A stretch of DNA of 64,000 nucleotides from Octopus sinensis (GCF_006345805.1 NC_042999.1:101804001-101868000), one strand, 5' to 3'. Counted from the first letter of the stretch, positions 49,581-63,300 are shown. Program-made: numbers and translations. The notes: generated from the sequence alone by a model not told the origin.

Positions 49581-52540
49581 ACTGTGTCCGTATCAAATTA
49601 CTACTAATAATATTGAAGCCAGATAGCAATAGTGTGGCTGAAATGAAGTGCTGGGCACTATTCTTTGCAGTATTTAATAATGTTTATTTTCATAGTCTGT
49701 GTTAAAATCTTACTGAGCTTGACATACCCTTTTTTTTATTCCCAATATTGTTAAAATATATACCAGTCATAAGCCAGCTAAACTCCTTCTTTCACAAATC
49801 AGTGGTCCCATGCCAATGTGTAAAATCATTATTGTTATTAACAAATATTTGAGTTACCATTGACTTATTTGAGCTGGCAAAACATTTAATTTCACTTGTC
49901 TTGAAGCAAAAAAAATATCTTTTTTTGCTGTCAAATATATCCTCATTATTACTCTGACCCCTACTAACTAGAAAATTACATTCATATACCAGCCAAAATG
50001 CAATATTCAATTTAAAGTGCCAACAAATGCATTGACAGGAACAATAGAGCACTGGAGAGAACTGTGATCAACTTTCTAGGGGTCTATATAATCTACTATA
50101 CTCTTCCTTACAATGTGGCTTTATAACTATATTAGAAATCTGTTATCATCATTATTAGAGTAATGGTGATGGTACAGTGAAAAGCATTTAAAGTTTAGCT
50201 TCTCTGTTCTGTGTTTCAATCCTTAGCAGGATTGGTAATGTTGATCATCAAAATTAATGAATCTACACACTCAACTAAACTAGTTCTATTTGTATATAAT
50301 AAAAGTGAATATTTTACAGAAATTAGAGAAAATTAGTTACTTTATATGAAGTTTGGTGTTTCCTATCTCCTCATTAAATGCCTTTTATTTGTTCATAAAG
50401 TACAGCTAAAACAATGATATTAATGCAACTAATTAAATCCCCTCCTCTTTATAGAGAAAAAAATGTCCTTATTTCAAGAGAAATAAAACCTCATTGCTTT
50501 AATGAAAAACGAACAGTCATCTTTTACAGTCTAATTAATTCAGTAATTAACTGCAATTACGACTTTACTATTTTTGAGCCAATGAAGGATCCTCCCCAGA
50601 TGATTGACTAGCAACAGCCAAATCTCCCATGCACTATCATCCTATAAAAAAAAAATGGACACACAGACAGTGTGAGAAAATGGAAGAGAACTCATACAAG
50701 AAATTCTTCAGTTTGTGGGGTTTTTTAAAGCATTGCAACAGCATCACTGAGAGTATAGTACAGAAATCTTACATGTGCTATAACTTCTTTTCAGACATGA
50801 CAAACATATTGAGGGGTGTACCCTAACACATCAATGGCAAATATTTAGGTTCCTAAACTGATAACAAAAACAGCAACAGATAAAGTTAAAGTCCAGATTA
50901 GCGATGATTAGTTAAAACTAGTTTAACTAATGAATAGGGTTGGCATATTAAAAGTTTGGAGTTCAAATTCTGTGACAAAAGGATTTAGGTTTTACTTTTT
51001 ATTTTATTTAATTTTTATTACTTTATAGCTGATAATGTAGCATTACTAGCCTAAGATCAACTAGCTCAAATATTATGTATTGACTGATGACAAAACTGAC
51101 TGCTGTCCCAAACTACATACAGGCCTGCAGAGAGAAGCATCATCTGAGCACAATTATTTGGTGTCAACAAATGAGAACGGAACCATCAGCTTAATTCTAA
51201 TTATAGTTTAGCCCCAGGTCAAGCGGACTAAAACATTTTTTCTTATTTTAGTACAACTCAGTTATACAAACAAGACTAAACATGGAACTGGAAATACCAC
51301 GTATACTAGTTTACTGAACCCTACCTGTTAAATAGATTACAAAAGAATGGTTTAATTTTAACTGCCAACAATGAAAAGAAAACTGAACTAGGTTAGCAAC
51401 AGAAAACTCAACATACAAGACAAGATAGCTGTATATACTCTTGTAGCCTAAAATATCCCAATTTAAGATAAGGTAAGACAATAAAAGAATACTGTTGGAG
51501 TAACTTGTGATGTATGTAACCATAAAAACAATGAAACCGTTTGTGGCAATAGTTATTTAATTTTGTGTTAATTCTGTTATCCAGAAGAGTACTTAAAGAC
51601 AGATGTTATCAGTTGTTTTGGGTTTTTTTTCCAGAAGACTATATTGTCACTTATTTAAAAACAAAAAGGATAATAATCAGCTTGAGTTTTAGAAAAAGAA
51701 AAAAGGAAAACAAAGACAACTAAAAAGCTATGCACAGTACAATGATAGCCTTTGCAAGCTATAAATATGTTCGCTCAAACAAACAATGAAACAACAGTGG
51801 TATAATGTTCGGAGAATAAATTTACTGTTAACCAACACTTGTAAATAGTCATTCAGTTTAATGTTCCCTAAAGTTTAGTCAAAAACAATGGTGCAACAAT
51901 TTGTATGAATGAAATAATATTATCACTAGTTTTGTTAGAACATTGAAAAGATAATACACAATGTCTGGGGAGAGGGTAGAGCTATAAAGAAAGAATCCTA
52001 TACTAAATAACTTTGGTTTGGAGAGGAGTACAAACTGGTAGTTATTTTTTGAAGACAAAAGGGCAATATTTATAAATGAAAGGGTTAATATAGTTGATGA
52101 AATCAATTCCAGATATATTAACTCTAGAGGAATGAAAACAGCTGGCTTTGTAATATGTTTGCTCAATATAATGAGAAGTACTTTACCATTTCTAGCAAAT
52201 CTGCCCAAAGAGGACTTTAAATATTAAATGACTACAATTATCCAGCTACACAATATTTTTTATATCATTGTTTTTCTATTTTTGTTTTCGTCTCAAGGTC
52301 TTGATGAGATACTCAGTGCAGAAACTACAAGTGTACCAGCATATTGCTCCTTTTGTTTCACTATATCATATTTAACTTGTGGCTTCTTAAATGCACATGC
52401 CAAAGGCATCTTGTAGACTGCCTCACGTATCATAAGAACATAACATAACCAGAACATAATTAACTGTAGCTTGGAAACAGACTAGGAGATGAAATAAAAA
52501 TATTGCAGCACCTCATTTATATGGTGTGTATGTGTCTATA

Positions 52541-52547
52541 TATATAT

Positions 52548-52600
<53 letters not shown>

Positions 52601-52610
52601 CACACACACA
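52541..52610. repeat. (TA)n-(CA)n compound microsatellite
   Basis: Direct read of the sequence. Confidence 0.95.
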
Positions 52611-53119
52611 TAAAATATCAGGTTGTTTCATTATAGTACTATTAATAGTTCATCAGCACAAGAAAAATATATGAAAGAAAAAAAATGAAAGGAAATATCA
52701 AAAAAGAAAAAAAACCTGTTATTATTGTTTACCTTTACTTCCTTAACTGTTTCCCCCAACACTGCAGAATAATTATATTCTTTGTATATTAAAGCAGGCA
52801 CCAACATACACACACCTTCTCCCTAAATCCAAATTAGTAACACTCTGTGCAACTATATAATCATTAAGTCACAACAGACAACAGATCAAGTGTTACTTGT
52901 TTATTTGATTGATTGATTATTATTGGTAGTGGTGGTGAATCTTATTTTGATACTTGCCACCAAATATACTATTCAACCACTTTATTTGTGTACATATATC
53001 ACAAAATATATAGTTGGACTGATGCGTTCTTTCATATCTCCCATCACTACTCATTAAGAGGTGTTGGGATGGTGAAGCTTCATTTGAATTGTAAATTAAT
53101 ACATGCTGAGAGATACAAG

Positions 53120-53300
53120 AGCAGTTGAGCAGCAGAAACTGTAGAGTGCCAAGACATGTAGTATTTTATTACATCTCTCTATGTTCTGAGTTCAAATTCC
53201 ACCAGGTTCAACTTTGCTTTTCATTCTTCAGCAAGTAGGATATCAAATAAGTACCAGTAACATACTGAGGTTGAATCAATCAACATTTTTAAGGGAATTT
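53120..53300 (+). mobile_element. SINE family B copy
   Basis: gttctgagttcaaattccaccaggttcaactttgcttttcattc...aaataagtaccag. Confidence 0.7.
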
Positions 53301-55086
53301 GTGGCCTGGTACCAAAGTTAGAAAGCCTCATTGAGAGAAGAATTCAAGGAAAGTAGAGTACCCAACTAGTCAATTAACTCAATGTTTTTAAGTCCAATCA
53401 CAAGTGGGCTCATACTTTTCTTTTTTTCTTCTTTTAATCAACAATAATAATTTTTATAACCAATTACCATCACATCACAAAAGATGTTGGCCTGGCACCA
53501 ATGTTCCCTTTAATTTTTAGTAGTCAGTATGTGCGAAAATCTTATGCTGTGTGATATTTTTTTCCGGCAAGAAAAGAATGCACACAGAATGTATAATTAT
53601 AAATACATTATTTTAAGTAGCTAAGCTCTTACGCACACAATCTCATGTGTGCATATTAATTTCTTTTGTGACTGATGTACAAAAGAATCATGTCTGGCAC
53701 CTTTTCAAGAGAAATCTATATGTAGTGAAAAGGCCTGGACAGGAAGCAAGTTCCAGAAATGCAGACTTAAGGTAGAAAGATTATTCAAAGTATTTAGTGC
53801 AATATTTAGGAAGTTAAATATAAAAATGGACAACATGACAAAGAACAAACAGTGCAACAGGTGTGTGATTAAGTGGGAATGAGAGGGAGCAAGTATGCAA
53901 ATTCAGTTGGCTGTTGTTTTTTAAGCCAAGTCAGCTATGGTCAAGCAGACCTTTGATCAAAGAGAGATTCCAGCTGTAACCATCTTCTTAAGAGAGTAAT
54001 GTATGATTTGAGGGAGATTCAGCTACTATTTCTAGCACATCAAGCAACCATTTAGATGATCTCTCATTGGCTTGTGTAAGTAACAGGTGGTATTAGAAAG
54101 GACTCTTAGGGGTTAGTCAGGGATTTAGGGAATGATGAATCTGTTAAAGAGAGAGGGCGGAAATAGAATTTATAATTGCTAAGTGTGCTGTTTTAAATGT
54201 TGGTGATGCTATAGCTATCCAAATATTGTTTTTCAATTATGAATGTGATGAAATGACTCCATAATTATCAAGCTACGAAGATGTGAAATAGTGCAAAAAG
54301 GATCATATTTAGATTTTAGGTTGTAAAGAAAACATGCAATTAGGCAATTAATTGGCACCACAAGAGAATTTAAGAAGAAAAAAAAAGAGATAATTAGGAA
54401 AAAGATGTGGATTTTCAGTAATGGTATCATGAGAGGTTTATGAAACCTAATAAAATTCAAGCTAAAGACATTAATAGATGGGAAGCTGAGAGTTAAACTC
54501 AACAGATTCATAAGAAAAATAAGAACATTTCTTATGATGTTAACTAGACAATAGAGAATTTGCCATCAGGATATTGTGCCTCAACATAAGGAACAGAACA
54601 ATAGAAAGCCAAGGTGTTTATCTCTAAATAAAGAAGATTACAACAGTAAATGAAGAGAGTATGTACAAGGAAAGTAAATTATTGAATAGTAGTTTACTGG
54701 AGGAAATAAATTTCCACAACAGGATATGAATTCATAATCTGACATCCAAGTGTTTAACATCTACTATCCACTTAACTCTTAGTTATTATCAAGTTTGAAA
54801 GTAACAGATTTAAAACTGCTTCACAAAACTTGTGACAAGACTTCAGCTACAGTGGTCTACACTAGCAGTAAGATATTCTGGTTTCTACTCATAACTGACC
54901 GATCTTAGGTATGCATAGTTATAGTTAAACATGCACAAGACAGTAGGAACGATATCCACCATGGATAGTGTGAATAGGGGTGCACATAACCTGAACAGAT
55001 CATTCAAAGGAGTCAGCAATCAATATTCAGACAACTTCACTATATTTCACCATCAAACAAACAAGCAAGCAGATTCCCAGCTTTAA

Positions 55087-55295
55087 CCCATAAACATTTA
55101 AATCAGTCATATCCGGCCTAAATATTCTACCAGTTTTATGGACAAACTGGCCTCTCACATGTACTCTACAATGTCATTCTAAAAATAAACAATCAAGCAT
55201 CAAAATCTTGAGGTTGAGAAATAATGCATGAATATTTCAAAACAATGTGAATAAATAATTATTACATTTGACAAAATAGTCTGAACGTTAAAGAG
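55087..55295 (-). mobile_element. TTAA-flanked (piggyBac-like) MITE
   Basis: TTAA|CCCataaacattta ... tgaacgttaaaGAG|TTAA. Homologous to 11431-11659 in the opposite orientation. Confidence 0.7.
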
Positions 55296-56404
55296 TTAAG
55301 AATTTGAAAAGTTTTCTCCAAACAAAATGACAACTACACTGCATATGTAATTAGTAAGCGCAGATTTACGAGTAGCTATATTCTCATAAACTATATGAAG
55401 AGAGACTTAAATGTTATAAAAATTATTCAATATCACTCCTATTAGACATATAATTGAATGTGATTAGTATGGTTAATATGGAATTTGAATTAGAGTGTCA
55501 TGCATAAGTAAAAACACTTTAAGAAGGCAGTGTTTCAAGAACTGAAAGATTAACTGCAATGGTTCAGGCAGAGTTTAAAATAAAATATAATATGCAGTGA
55601 TAAAGTGGAAGAACAAGTTGAAAAGCTTTGTTCAAGTGAAAGTGGAATGGACATGCACAACCATGAGGAATAGGTGAGAGTTTCACTGAGGAGTTTATCA
55701 ATCATTTCAGATCTGTATTAGTTTAGTAAGAGGCTTCATTTGAGATCAAGCATTCAAAGTGAATGAATTAAATTGTGGAAGAGTCATGATAATCATTTAT
55801 TTCCTATCACAATTAGTAAACAATAACGTCATTGGTTACAAATTCCCACCTGGCCAATCACTTGTTTACTGACAATGAGTGACAAGGGAATATCTATAAC
55901 TCCAGATAGAATATTGAAAAGGACTTCATTCAAAGAGAAAGATATACACATACATACAATATTTATGGGTGCAGGTAGAGTTATGTGATTAAGAATTTTG
56001 AAAACTACATGGCTTCATGCTCAATCCACTGCAATGTACTCTGGTTAGTGACTTCTATTACAGACATGGATCAATGAAAGGACCATTCCTAAAGACAAGC
56101 ACTACCCATCCCTGTCTTTAGTGAAGTCCATTTTGTTGGATGCATTTATGTCACCAGGTCTCCAATCTGAGAATAACTTTCTCCCGCCAGTCCCTGAAAC
56201 CTTCAAAAGAGCCATGGACATTGCTTTTCTTTTAATTTATATAAAAGTGTATATGTGTATACAAGATGACTACAAAGTCTAGATACATAGGTGAAAATGC
56301 ATATTTTCAATAGCATTTTCAAGTTCAAATGCAATATCTCTATATTTCTATTTATTTGACCACATTCATTTATCCAGGCTTTATGGTCAGCCTGTAAATA
56401 ACAT

Positions 56405-56600
56405 CATTATCATCATCATTTAGCATCCACTTTTCATGATGACATAGGTAAGAAGGTTTGACTGGAAGTTGTAAGCCAGAGAGCTGTACCAAGTTCCAGT
56501 CTGATATGGCATGGTTTCTACGACTGAATGCCCTTCCTAATGTCAACTACTCCAAGAGTGTAGTGGATGCCTTTTATGTGTCACAAGCATGGGTGTCTAT
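56405..56600 (-). mobile_element. RTE-type (GAT)n tail copy
   Basis: catcatcatttagcatccac...ggcatggtttctacgactgaatgcccttcctaatg...ggatgccttttatgtg. Confidence 0.7.
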
Positions 56601-56948
56601 TACATGTCACACACATACACACATTCACATCACATACATGCACAAGAGGCTTTAACACAACTTCCAGTTATAGTAGAAGACACTTACTCAAGATGCTGTG
56701 CACTGGGATATAATTCTCAACAACATAATTGTGAAACAAACTTTTTAACCATTGCACTATGCCTATACTCATTTAAAATGCACATACCATTACATATATA
56801 TATTCACTGCTGTTTATGTTGTGATGGTATTATACAATATAAAGTGTCGAAAAAATGTCAGTACATATATACGATCTGATCCCTGACACAATTTACATAT
56901 ATTTATTGATCAGATTACTTTCTTCAGCTCATGGTTAAGAGGATTCAC

Positions 56949-57069
56949 GGTAAAGTCATCATAGGTAAATACATTGTGGTAAATACATCACCTGTAATTT
57001 TATTGCCTGGTAAATTCACTATAAGATAATTACATCACAATTAAGTACACTGCAAGGTAATTCTGCCAC

Positions 57070-57105
<36 letters not shown>
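56949..57105. repeat. Degenerate ~15-bp minisatellite (ggtaaatacatcac) followed by (TA)n
   Basis: Units cggtaaagtcatcat, aggtaaatacattgt, ggtaaatacatcacc, tgtaatttattgcct, ggtaaattcactata and further degenerate copies. Confidence 0.6.
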
Positions 57106-57109
<4 letters not shown>

Positions 57110-60100
57110 AGTAAAATTTACTGTCATAAATTTTAATAGCACAGTAAATATGTATTTTTAAAAAATAGGATTTTAACTAAATTACAAACAAAAAATAAAA
57201 TTTTTAATAGTTACAAAAAAAGTGAAAATTTACAAACAATATTTAAGAAATTGACTCTAAATACAATTAATTTCATTAACATAAGTTCAAATAAAGCTGA
57301 CACTATGTTAAATTGGCAGAAGATATCTTCTAAAAAAAATTTTTAATTTTTAAAAATCAATGAGTATTTTTAATTTGTGTACCTTATAACATACTGGGGG
57401 CACCATCTTGATGACTTAATTTTTCTTAATTGCCAAGCAAAGAAATACAGGTAATAACAACTGAAATAGCTATAGTAACTGATTTAACTAAAGAAATTAG
57501 AGTTCAATAAGAGTAAACAGTATTTGGGTTACAAACTATTTAAAATGTGCATCATAAACACCCTGTTTGGAGGCATATAAGACATTTTTTTTTAAAGTCT
57601 CAAAAAATAATTAAGAAAAGCCATCCCAGGTCCTATAGTGTGGTGTTGGGTTTCCCATAAGATTCAATGCACCAAAACCTTGTTTCCTGAATATGCACTG
57701 CTGAAATTGGGTATGTCTTTTATAACATCAAATACAGTATAACAGAAATGTCTGAGGTTGTATTTACATTGGGAATAAGGAAACTGACAAATTTACCAAC
57801 AATGTATTTACTCATGACAAAATTATTTTGAGTTATATTTACTTTTAACAGAATTACCTAGTAATAAATTTATTATTTAATAAAATTACAAATAATGTAT
57901 TCACACACAATTAACTAGGCAAAAATTAAGTTGTGATATCACGCTTACTGAAACAGTACATAATAGCAAGTGTAATATTTAGGCCAACCCCAGCTCACAG
58001 TTGAAGTTATTTTCTGCCACTAAAGAGGAAGTGAAGTCTCTGTGGTGCAGGGTTTTCACAATCATGTGACTTCACATGGAAGGTAACTGGAGACAAGGAG
58101 TCCTTTGCTTGTACAACAAAAGGAAAAGGGAATAGTTCATTTGTGACAAATGAGACTTCAGGCAGTTTTTCTTTGAAATAAGTAAAAGCTGTGAAAGACT
58201 TCATGTCAGGGAGCTGGTACCCTGTAGAAGTTCAAGGGGTTATTTTCTAATCAATCATATGTATTCTCAAGACAGGCAATATGAAGCAAATGTGTAGGAA
58301 AGGAGATGTGATATAGTAGTGATATATGAATATTGAATGAGGAGCAACTGTGAAGGCTGGAGATAGGCAACTTGAGCACAATCTGTTAGGTATGTATAAT
58401 GTTCATTTGCTTGAAAAGTGCAATGGAAATACTGGATGAAAAAGTACCATAACTTATCAGTGAAAAATAACAAACAGAGGAAAAGAAGACCAAGGAAGAA
58501 ATAGAACAAAGTAGTGAGATCAGACATCAGGCTAGTGGGTTTCGCAGATGAGAATACAAAAGCTCGAAATTCATGACAATATGCTAATTCAAAGGCCTCT
58601 ACAACTTATGTCGGTATGGAAACAGCCATCAAGATGTTGATAAGACTATCTACAAGAGGAAAGATAAGGTAAAGGTTCATATAGGAGGAAATGATGATTG
58701 TCCTTAAGACAAACATGAGAAAAATTCAAATAATGATTGACAGTTGTGGTGGCATTTAGTGCCTCAGATCTGATCAAGCAAACTTATGATCAAAGGTATT
58801 CATTCTAGCCACAACCACCCAGTCTTTTTTCTGTGCAGGGGACCCAAAGTCACATTAGCTAATAGGTCCTTTTGTAAGACAGTTGTGTGTGATTAGATGG
58901 CTGCTATTTGTAGCAGATCAAGCAACCAAGTACGTGCTCCCTTAATGGCTTGTTGACAGTTATGTTTGTAGCTGAACTTACTGATCTGCAACCGACCACT
59001 TTCACTATCCTTTGTTAAATAAGAATTTTCATATTATTGTAACAGGCTATATATATATTAGACTTCTCAACAGACAATTATTATATATTTTCATTAAATC
59101 TCTGCCAAGATGTGTGTGAGAGTACACACACGTGCATACAAACAATTGTTTATGCATGTATAAATATATATACCACATATCTACACTCACACCCACGTAC
59201 ATAAAACAGTTAAATATATGCTTAAGTACATCAGCACATGTTCATAAACTTATTACTCACACACATATACATAGAAAATATACTGCCTATACACAGACAT
59301 ATCAGTTTCTGATAACTGATTCTAAAAGTTTAAAAAAAGTGCCCTTAAGCCAAACAACATTGTGACCTACTGATGTGAAGAAAGGTAAATGACTTAGAAA
59401 GGATCAAAGTACTGAGCAGCAAAATATGAACAGCAAATTTAACTGTCTTACAGACATCTGAAATGGTTTTTCAGAAGACAGTCAGAAGGGAATTTCCAAA
59501 CTATAAATGGAAGGCTTAATTATATGCCACAGACCTAATTATATATGGTGTACCTATTAAAAGTATTAGATCTAAATTAGTTTAACACCATGATTTGGGC
59601 CTTGGGTACATTCACACAGCCCACTCTTACATTTACATCAAATCTCTAGTTTAAGAACAGCTGCTTCCAACAACAGCAATCCATGTGTCCTGGTTTGCTC
59701 ATCCTTTTCCCATTAGTTATGGATGTTGCTCTTCCTTCTCTAAGTCATAAAAGAAGTCAAAGATTTCAATCAAATAATATATCTAACTATTCAGGATCCT
59801 GTTTACTCCTATGTAACAGTAAAACAAGAGAGAAAAACTTAAGTGAAAGAAATGTTATTTAATTTAATTTCTTCCTTACCAATCTGTCTAAAACTGCTCC
59901 TGCTCCTATGGATACCAAACTAGCTACCCATCTATATTAAAATGTTTGTATCTTAAAACTTCTAGAATCCATTATTACAGACATGAAAATACTAGATTTA
60001 AACAGGTAAAAGAGCCACCATAAGTTTCAGTTGGAACTTTTCATGAAGGAGTGTTATAAAAACCAGCTTAATATGCCAATACATAACCAATATTAATTAA

Positions 60101-61424
60101 TCTTCTCAAATTCCTTTGAAGCATAGAAGCAATCAGTCTTGTTTAGAAATAGAGTGAAGAGTGTAAAAAAAAAAAATATGGAAAAAATCTGGGCTGGAAA
60201 GTAAAATTGACTCCTAACAAGTTATGTTATTGCTACTACAATGGTTTCTGTGCCTTGGTCCTACCTACCTCCACCCAACACAGCTATACTATATCTTCCC
60301 TTCCCACTATGCCTGCTCATTCCTCCCCCAAACCTCATCCCTCTGAAATTCCCTTTCCAACTTTTTTTTTTTTGTTTTGTTTTTTTCTTTCTTTTCTTGC
60401 AGCCATTGACTTACAAATATTCTAACTCAACATCTATATCAAGCTCACCAATTTCAAAGAAACTGCAGCAGAAAGCCATGAACATTGCTTTTCCTAACTG
60501 AACTAAAAAAATATTTATTTTGCAAATAAAAAAACATAAGCATTAAAAAACAAAAAAAAAAAGGCCAATGGACATGGATGGTTAATCGAGTTGATGGTAC
60601 ATGGTGAAAGGCAATTTCATCATCTTTGTCAGAAGTAGAGGGGGAAAGACATCCTGTAATTGATTGGATCATAAACATTCCGGCATTCAGGGTGCGCCAG
60701 ACAAGAGATTAAAGAGCCATTGGAAAAATAAATAAAACAACACTTGAGACATCAGGATTCTCATCCTGTCTTAATTTTGAGCTAGCAGTTGTTGCTGTCA
60801 CTAAACCCTCAGACCTTCCTTGTAAGGTTTTATTATCACTGTCCGCCATTACAACAACTACCATTGTCTTCATAGACCACAGAAGTGTTTATGTACATGT
60901 ATACAAGTCATACACTTAAACAAATAAAATGGAGAATTAAAAGCTATTAGGTAGACAATTATGGCATGAACTGTATCTCTCACACAAACAGATATTCAAA
61001 TTAGAAATCAGCTAATTGTTTGATATATATTGCCATAGATACTGAGGGTAATGAAGGAACTAAACACTAAATTGAAAACAATACAACAAAACATGATTAT
61101 TTACAAGTTGAAGTACTTCACACTTCAAGTTCAAAAATAGTTTCACTATGAGCAAAAAACACACATATATACACAGAAAACAAACACACACACATTTTGC
61201 ATCCATTTGTCTATGATTACATTGATAGGATGGGTTATTTGTTTGTTTTTTTAGCAATTACTTTTATAACCGGATGCTAGCAGAGGTACAACAGACTGAC
61301 CTTAGTTATATGGAACTCTTGGTCATATATGTGCTTAGTAGTCTAGCAACACATTAACTTCAGCCATCATTGCACCTAATCATTATGGTGCACTTTGTAA
61401 TTATCTGCCACATAAAATAAATAT

Positions 61425-61560
61425 GTAGGCATGATATGAGGTAAGAAGTTTGTTTTCCAACCTCATGGTTCTGGATTCAGTCCCAAATTGTGACAAGTGT
61501 CTTCTATTGTAGGCTTGGGTCAACCAAAGTGGATTTGGCAGACAGAAACTGAAAGAAGCT
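61425..61560 (+). mobile_element. SINE family A copy
   Basis: ggttctggattcagtccc...acaagtgtcttctattgtaggc...gcagacagaaactgaaagaagc. Confidence 0.7.
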
Positions 61561-61829
61561 TTGTGTACGTGTGTTGTGTGTGTGCATGTGCACACACACA
61601 CACACACACACACATGCCTGTATTTGTCCCTCACCACTGCTTGACAACAGGTATAAGTGTGTTTACATTACTGCAACTTGGCAGTTTAGCAGAAGAAAGC
61701 AATAGAGTAAGTACCAGGTTTTAAAAAATGTAAGTACTGCGGTCTATTCATGTTCACTAAAATTCAAGGCAGGTGCACCTGCATGGCCACAGTCATTAGA
61801 CTGAAACAGGTAAAAAATAGAAGTACTCG

Positions 61830-61980
61830 TGTGGTGCCATGTAAAAGCATCCAGCACACTCTGAAAGGTGGTTGGCATTAAGAAGGACATCCAGCCATAG
61901 AAACCATGCCAAAACAGATTGGAGTGTAGCTACCCAGCTTCAGTTACAACCCATTTAACAGATGTTAAATGATGATGATA
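61830..61980 (+). mobile_element. RTE-type (GAT)n tail copy
   Basis: ggtgccatgtaaaagcatccagcacactctg...ggcattaagaaggacatccagccatagaaacc...gatgttaaatgatgatga. Confidence 0.75.
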
Positions 61981-62150
61981 TATACAGACATGACATGGTC
62001 TTCCATCTTGTTGGATCATGTTGGACCAACCAACCCAACTCAACATGGAAAACATGCATAAAATGATATTAACTTTCTGTTTAGGGTTGACTGTTGGAAA
62101 AAAAACCCAAAGATTACTCAATGCATAGTAGAGATTGATGGTACATTTTA

Positions 62151-62290
62151 TTTTGGCTGAGTCAGTCTCTTACTACCCCGAGTTTCACCTGTGGGTGCAC
62201 AGGGTCTTCAAGCAAGTCATGTCTATTGTAACTTGCCTAGAGGCCCTGTGCATCCACAGGTGACACATTAAGAGACTGACTTGACCAAAA
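62151..62290. repeat. Imperfect 140-bp foldback (palindromic MITE-like)
   Basis: The arms ttttggctgagtcagtctctta and tcacctgtgggtgcacagggtcttcaagcaagt pair with taagagactgacttgaccaaaa and acttgcctagaggccctgtgcatccacaggtga. Confidence 0.85.
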
Positions 62291-62297
62291 TGATATA

Positions 62298-63300
62298 TAT
62301 ATTACTAGCTGAGTCTGCCAGAAGGGACAGAGTGCATGGCTCTTGCAGACCCTCCAAGACTGATGAAGTTCATGCCATTAATTAATGTTTCATTTCAATT
62401 GCTGTAGGTCAATGCCTACAAGAAAGACATGAGCAAGGAAGAGATTCCAGAGAGATGATGTTCTGAAGAAGGACTGGAATTAATATTTAGTGTGGAAAAA
62501 TGAGAGCTGGATATACGAAAGGAGACAAGAGATGGCAAGATGAGTGGATCAAGTAATCCTGAGAGCTGGAGGTAAAAGATCAGCTAGAGCTATGAAGTAG
62601 AGACCATTATAGTAGAGATAGAAAAGACAGAAAGAGAGATGATAGTACACCTGTGTGCCAGAGGCAAGAGTGTGTTAGTTGGTGATGGGATACCAATCGA
62701 CTGAATGGCTCTTTTTTGGGTGTGCTCCACAATGTCAGTGCGCATAGCAACATCATAATCCCAAATGTGGATACTATATTCCATTGTGGTCTTCACCCAG
62801 TCTTGTAGAATGTCAACAGCTGATGGGAGCTGAAATATCTTCTGGTCCTAAAGACAAGTGCTAGTCTTAAGGATGCAGTCCTAGCTGTGTTAGGATATGT
62901 TAGGATGTGTTTTTGCCAAGAGGTATCCTTGGTGGTAGAGAAGCCAAGCATTTGAAGCACCTGGAGGCACTAGCTGAGTGCCACTCATGATTTAGAGGGA
63001 ATATGGTGCAATAATGGTTTTTTTGGTTTTGTTTTGATATGAGTAATGTTCAAGTCTTTTGCTGTTGAAACAGATTTGGCATGGCCTCACCAGAGGATGT
63101 TCCCAAAGATGTTTATGGAATCAACAGAAGAATGAAAAGGATGCATTATCTCTTTACATGTTTAGGAACCACTCCCAAAATCACAATACTACTGAATGCA
63201 AGTTCTGTTATTTCACTCACTTATCAGACAACAATTTGGAGTCACAGCCCATTTTGTTGAAGCAGACTTGAAGATGAGGATGGAGCAACCATTTTAATTC
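62298..63300 (-). mobile_element. Decayed CR1/Jockey-like LINE, C-terminal ~1 kb
   Basis: TSWQKHIL..TARTASLRLALVFRTRRYFSSHQLLTFYKT, TMEYSIHIW, HTQKRAIQSIG..LLPLAHRCTIISLSVF. These are typical post-RT LINE motifs (LSW.KHI..IA..AS..LG.L.R...Y...YK.Q.RP.MEYCSH.W). Confidence 0.75.

Noticed and set aside
52290-52440. Plus-strand acceptor (ttttcgtctcaag) and a ~48-codon minus-strand open frame (VLMIREAVYKMPLACAF...)
   Set aside because: There is no recognisable homology or matching donor. Similar plus-strand acceptor-like tracts (24099, 48295, 2863) are expected by chance in AT-rich DNA.
58000-58740. GC-elevated stretch with faint LINE-like words (HEFRAF, FLFSGRK)
   Set aside because: The motifs are too weak to call without an HMM search. 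It is probably an old LINE fragment.
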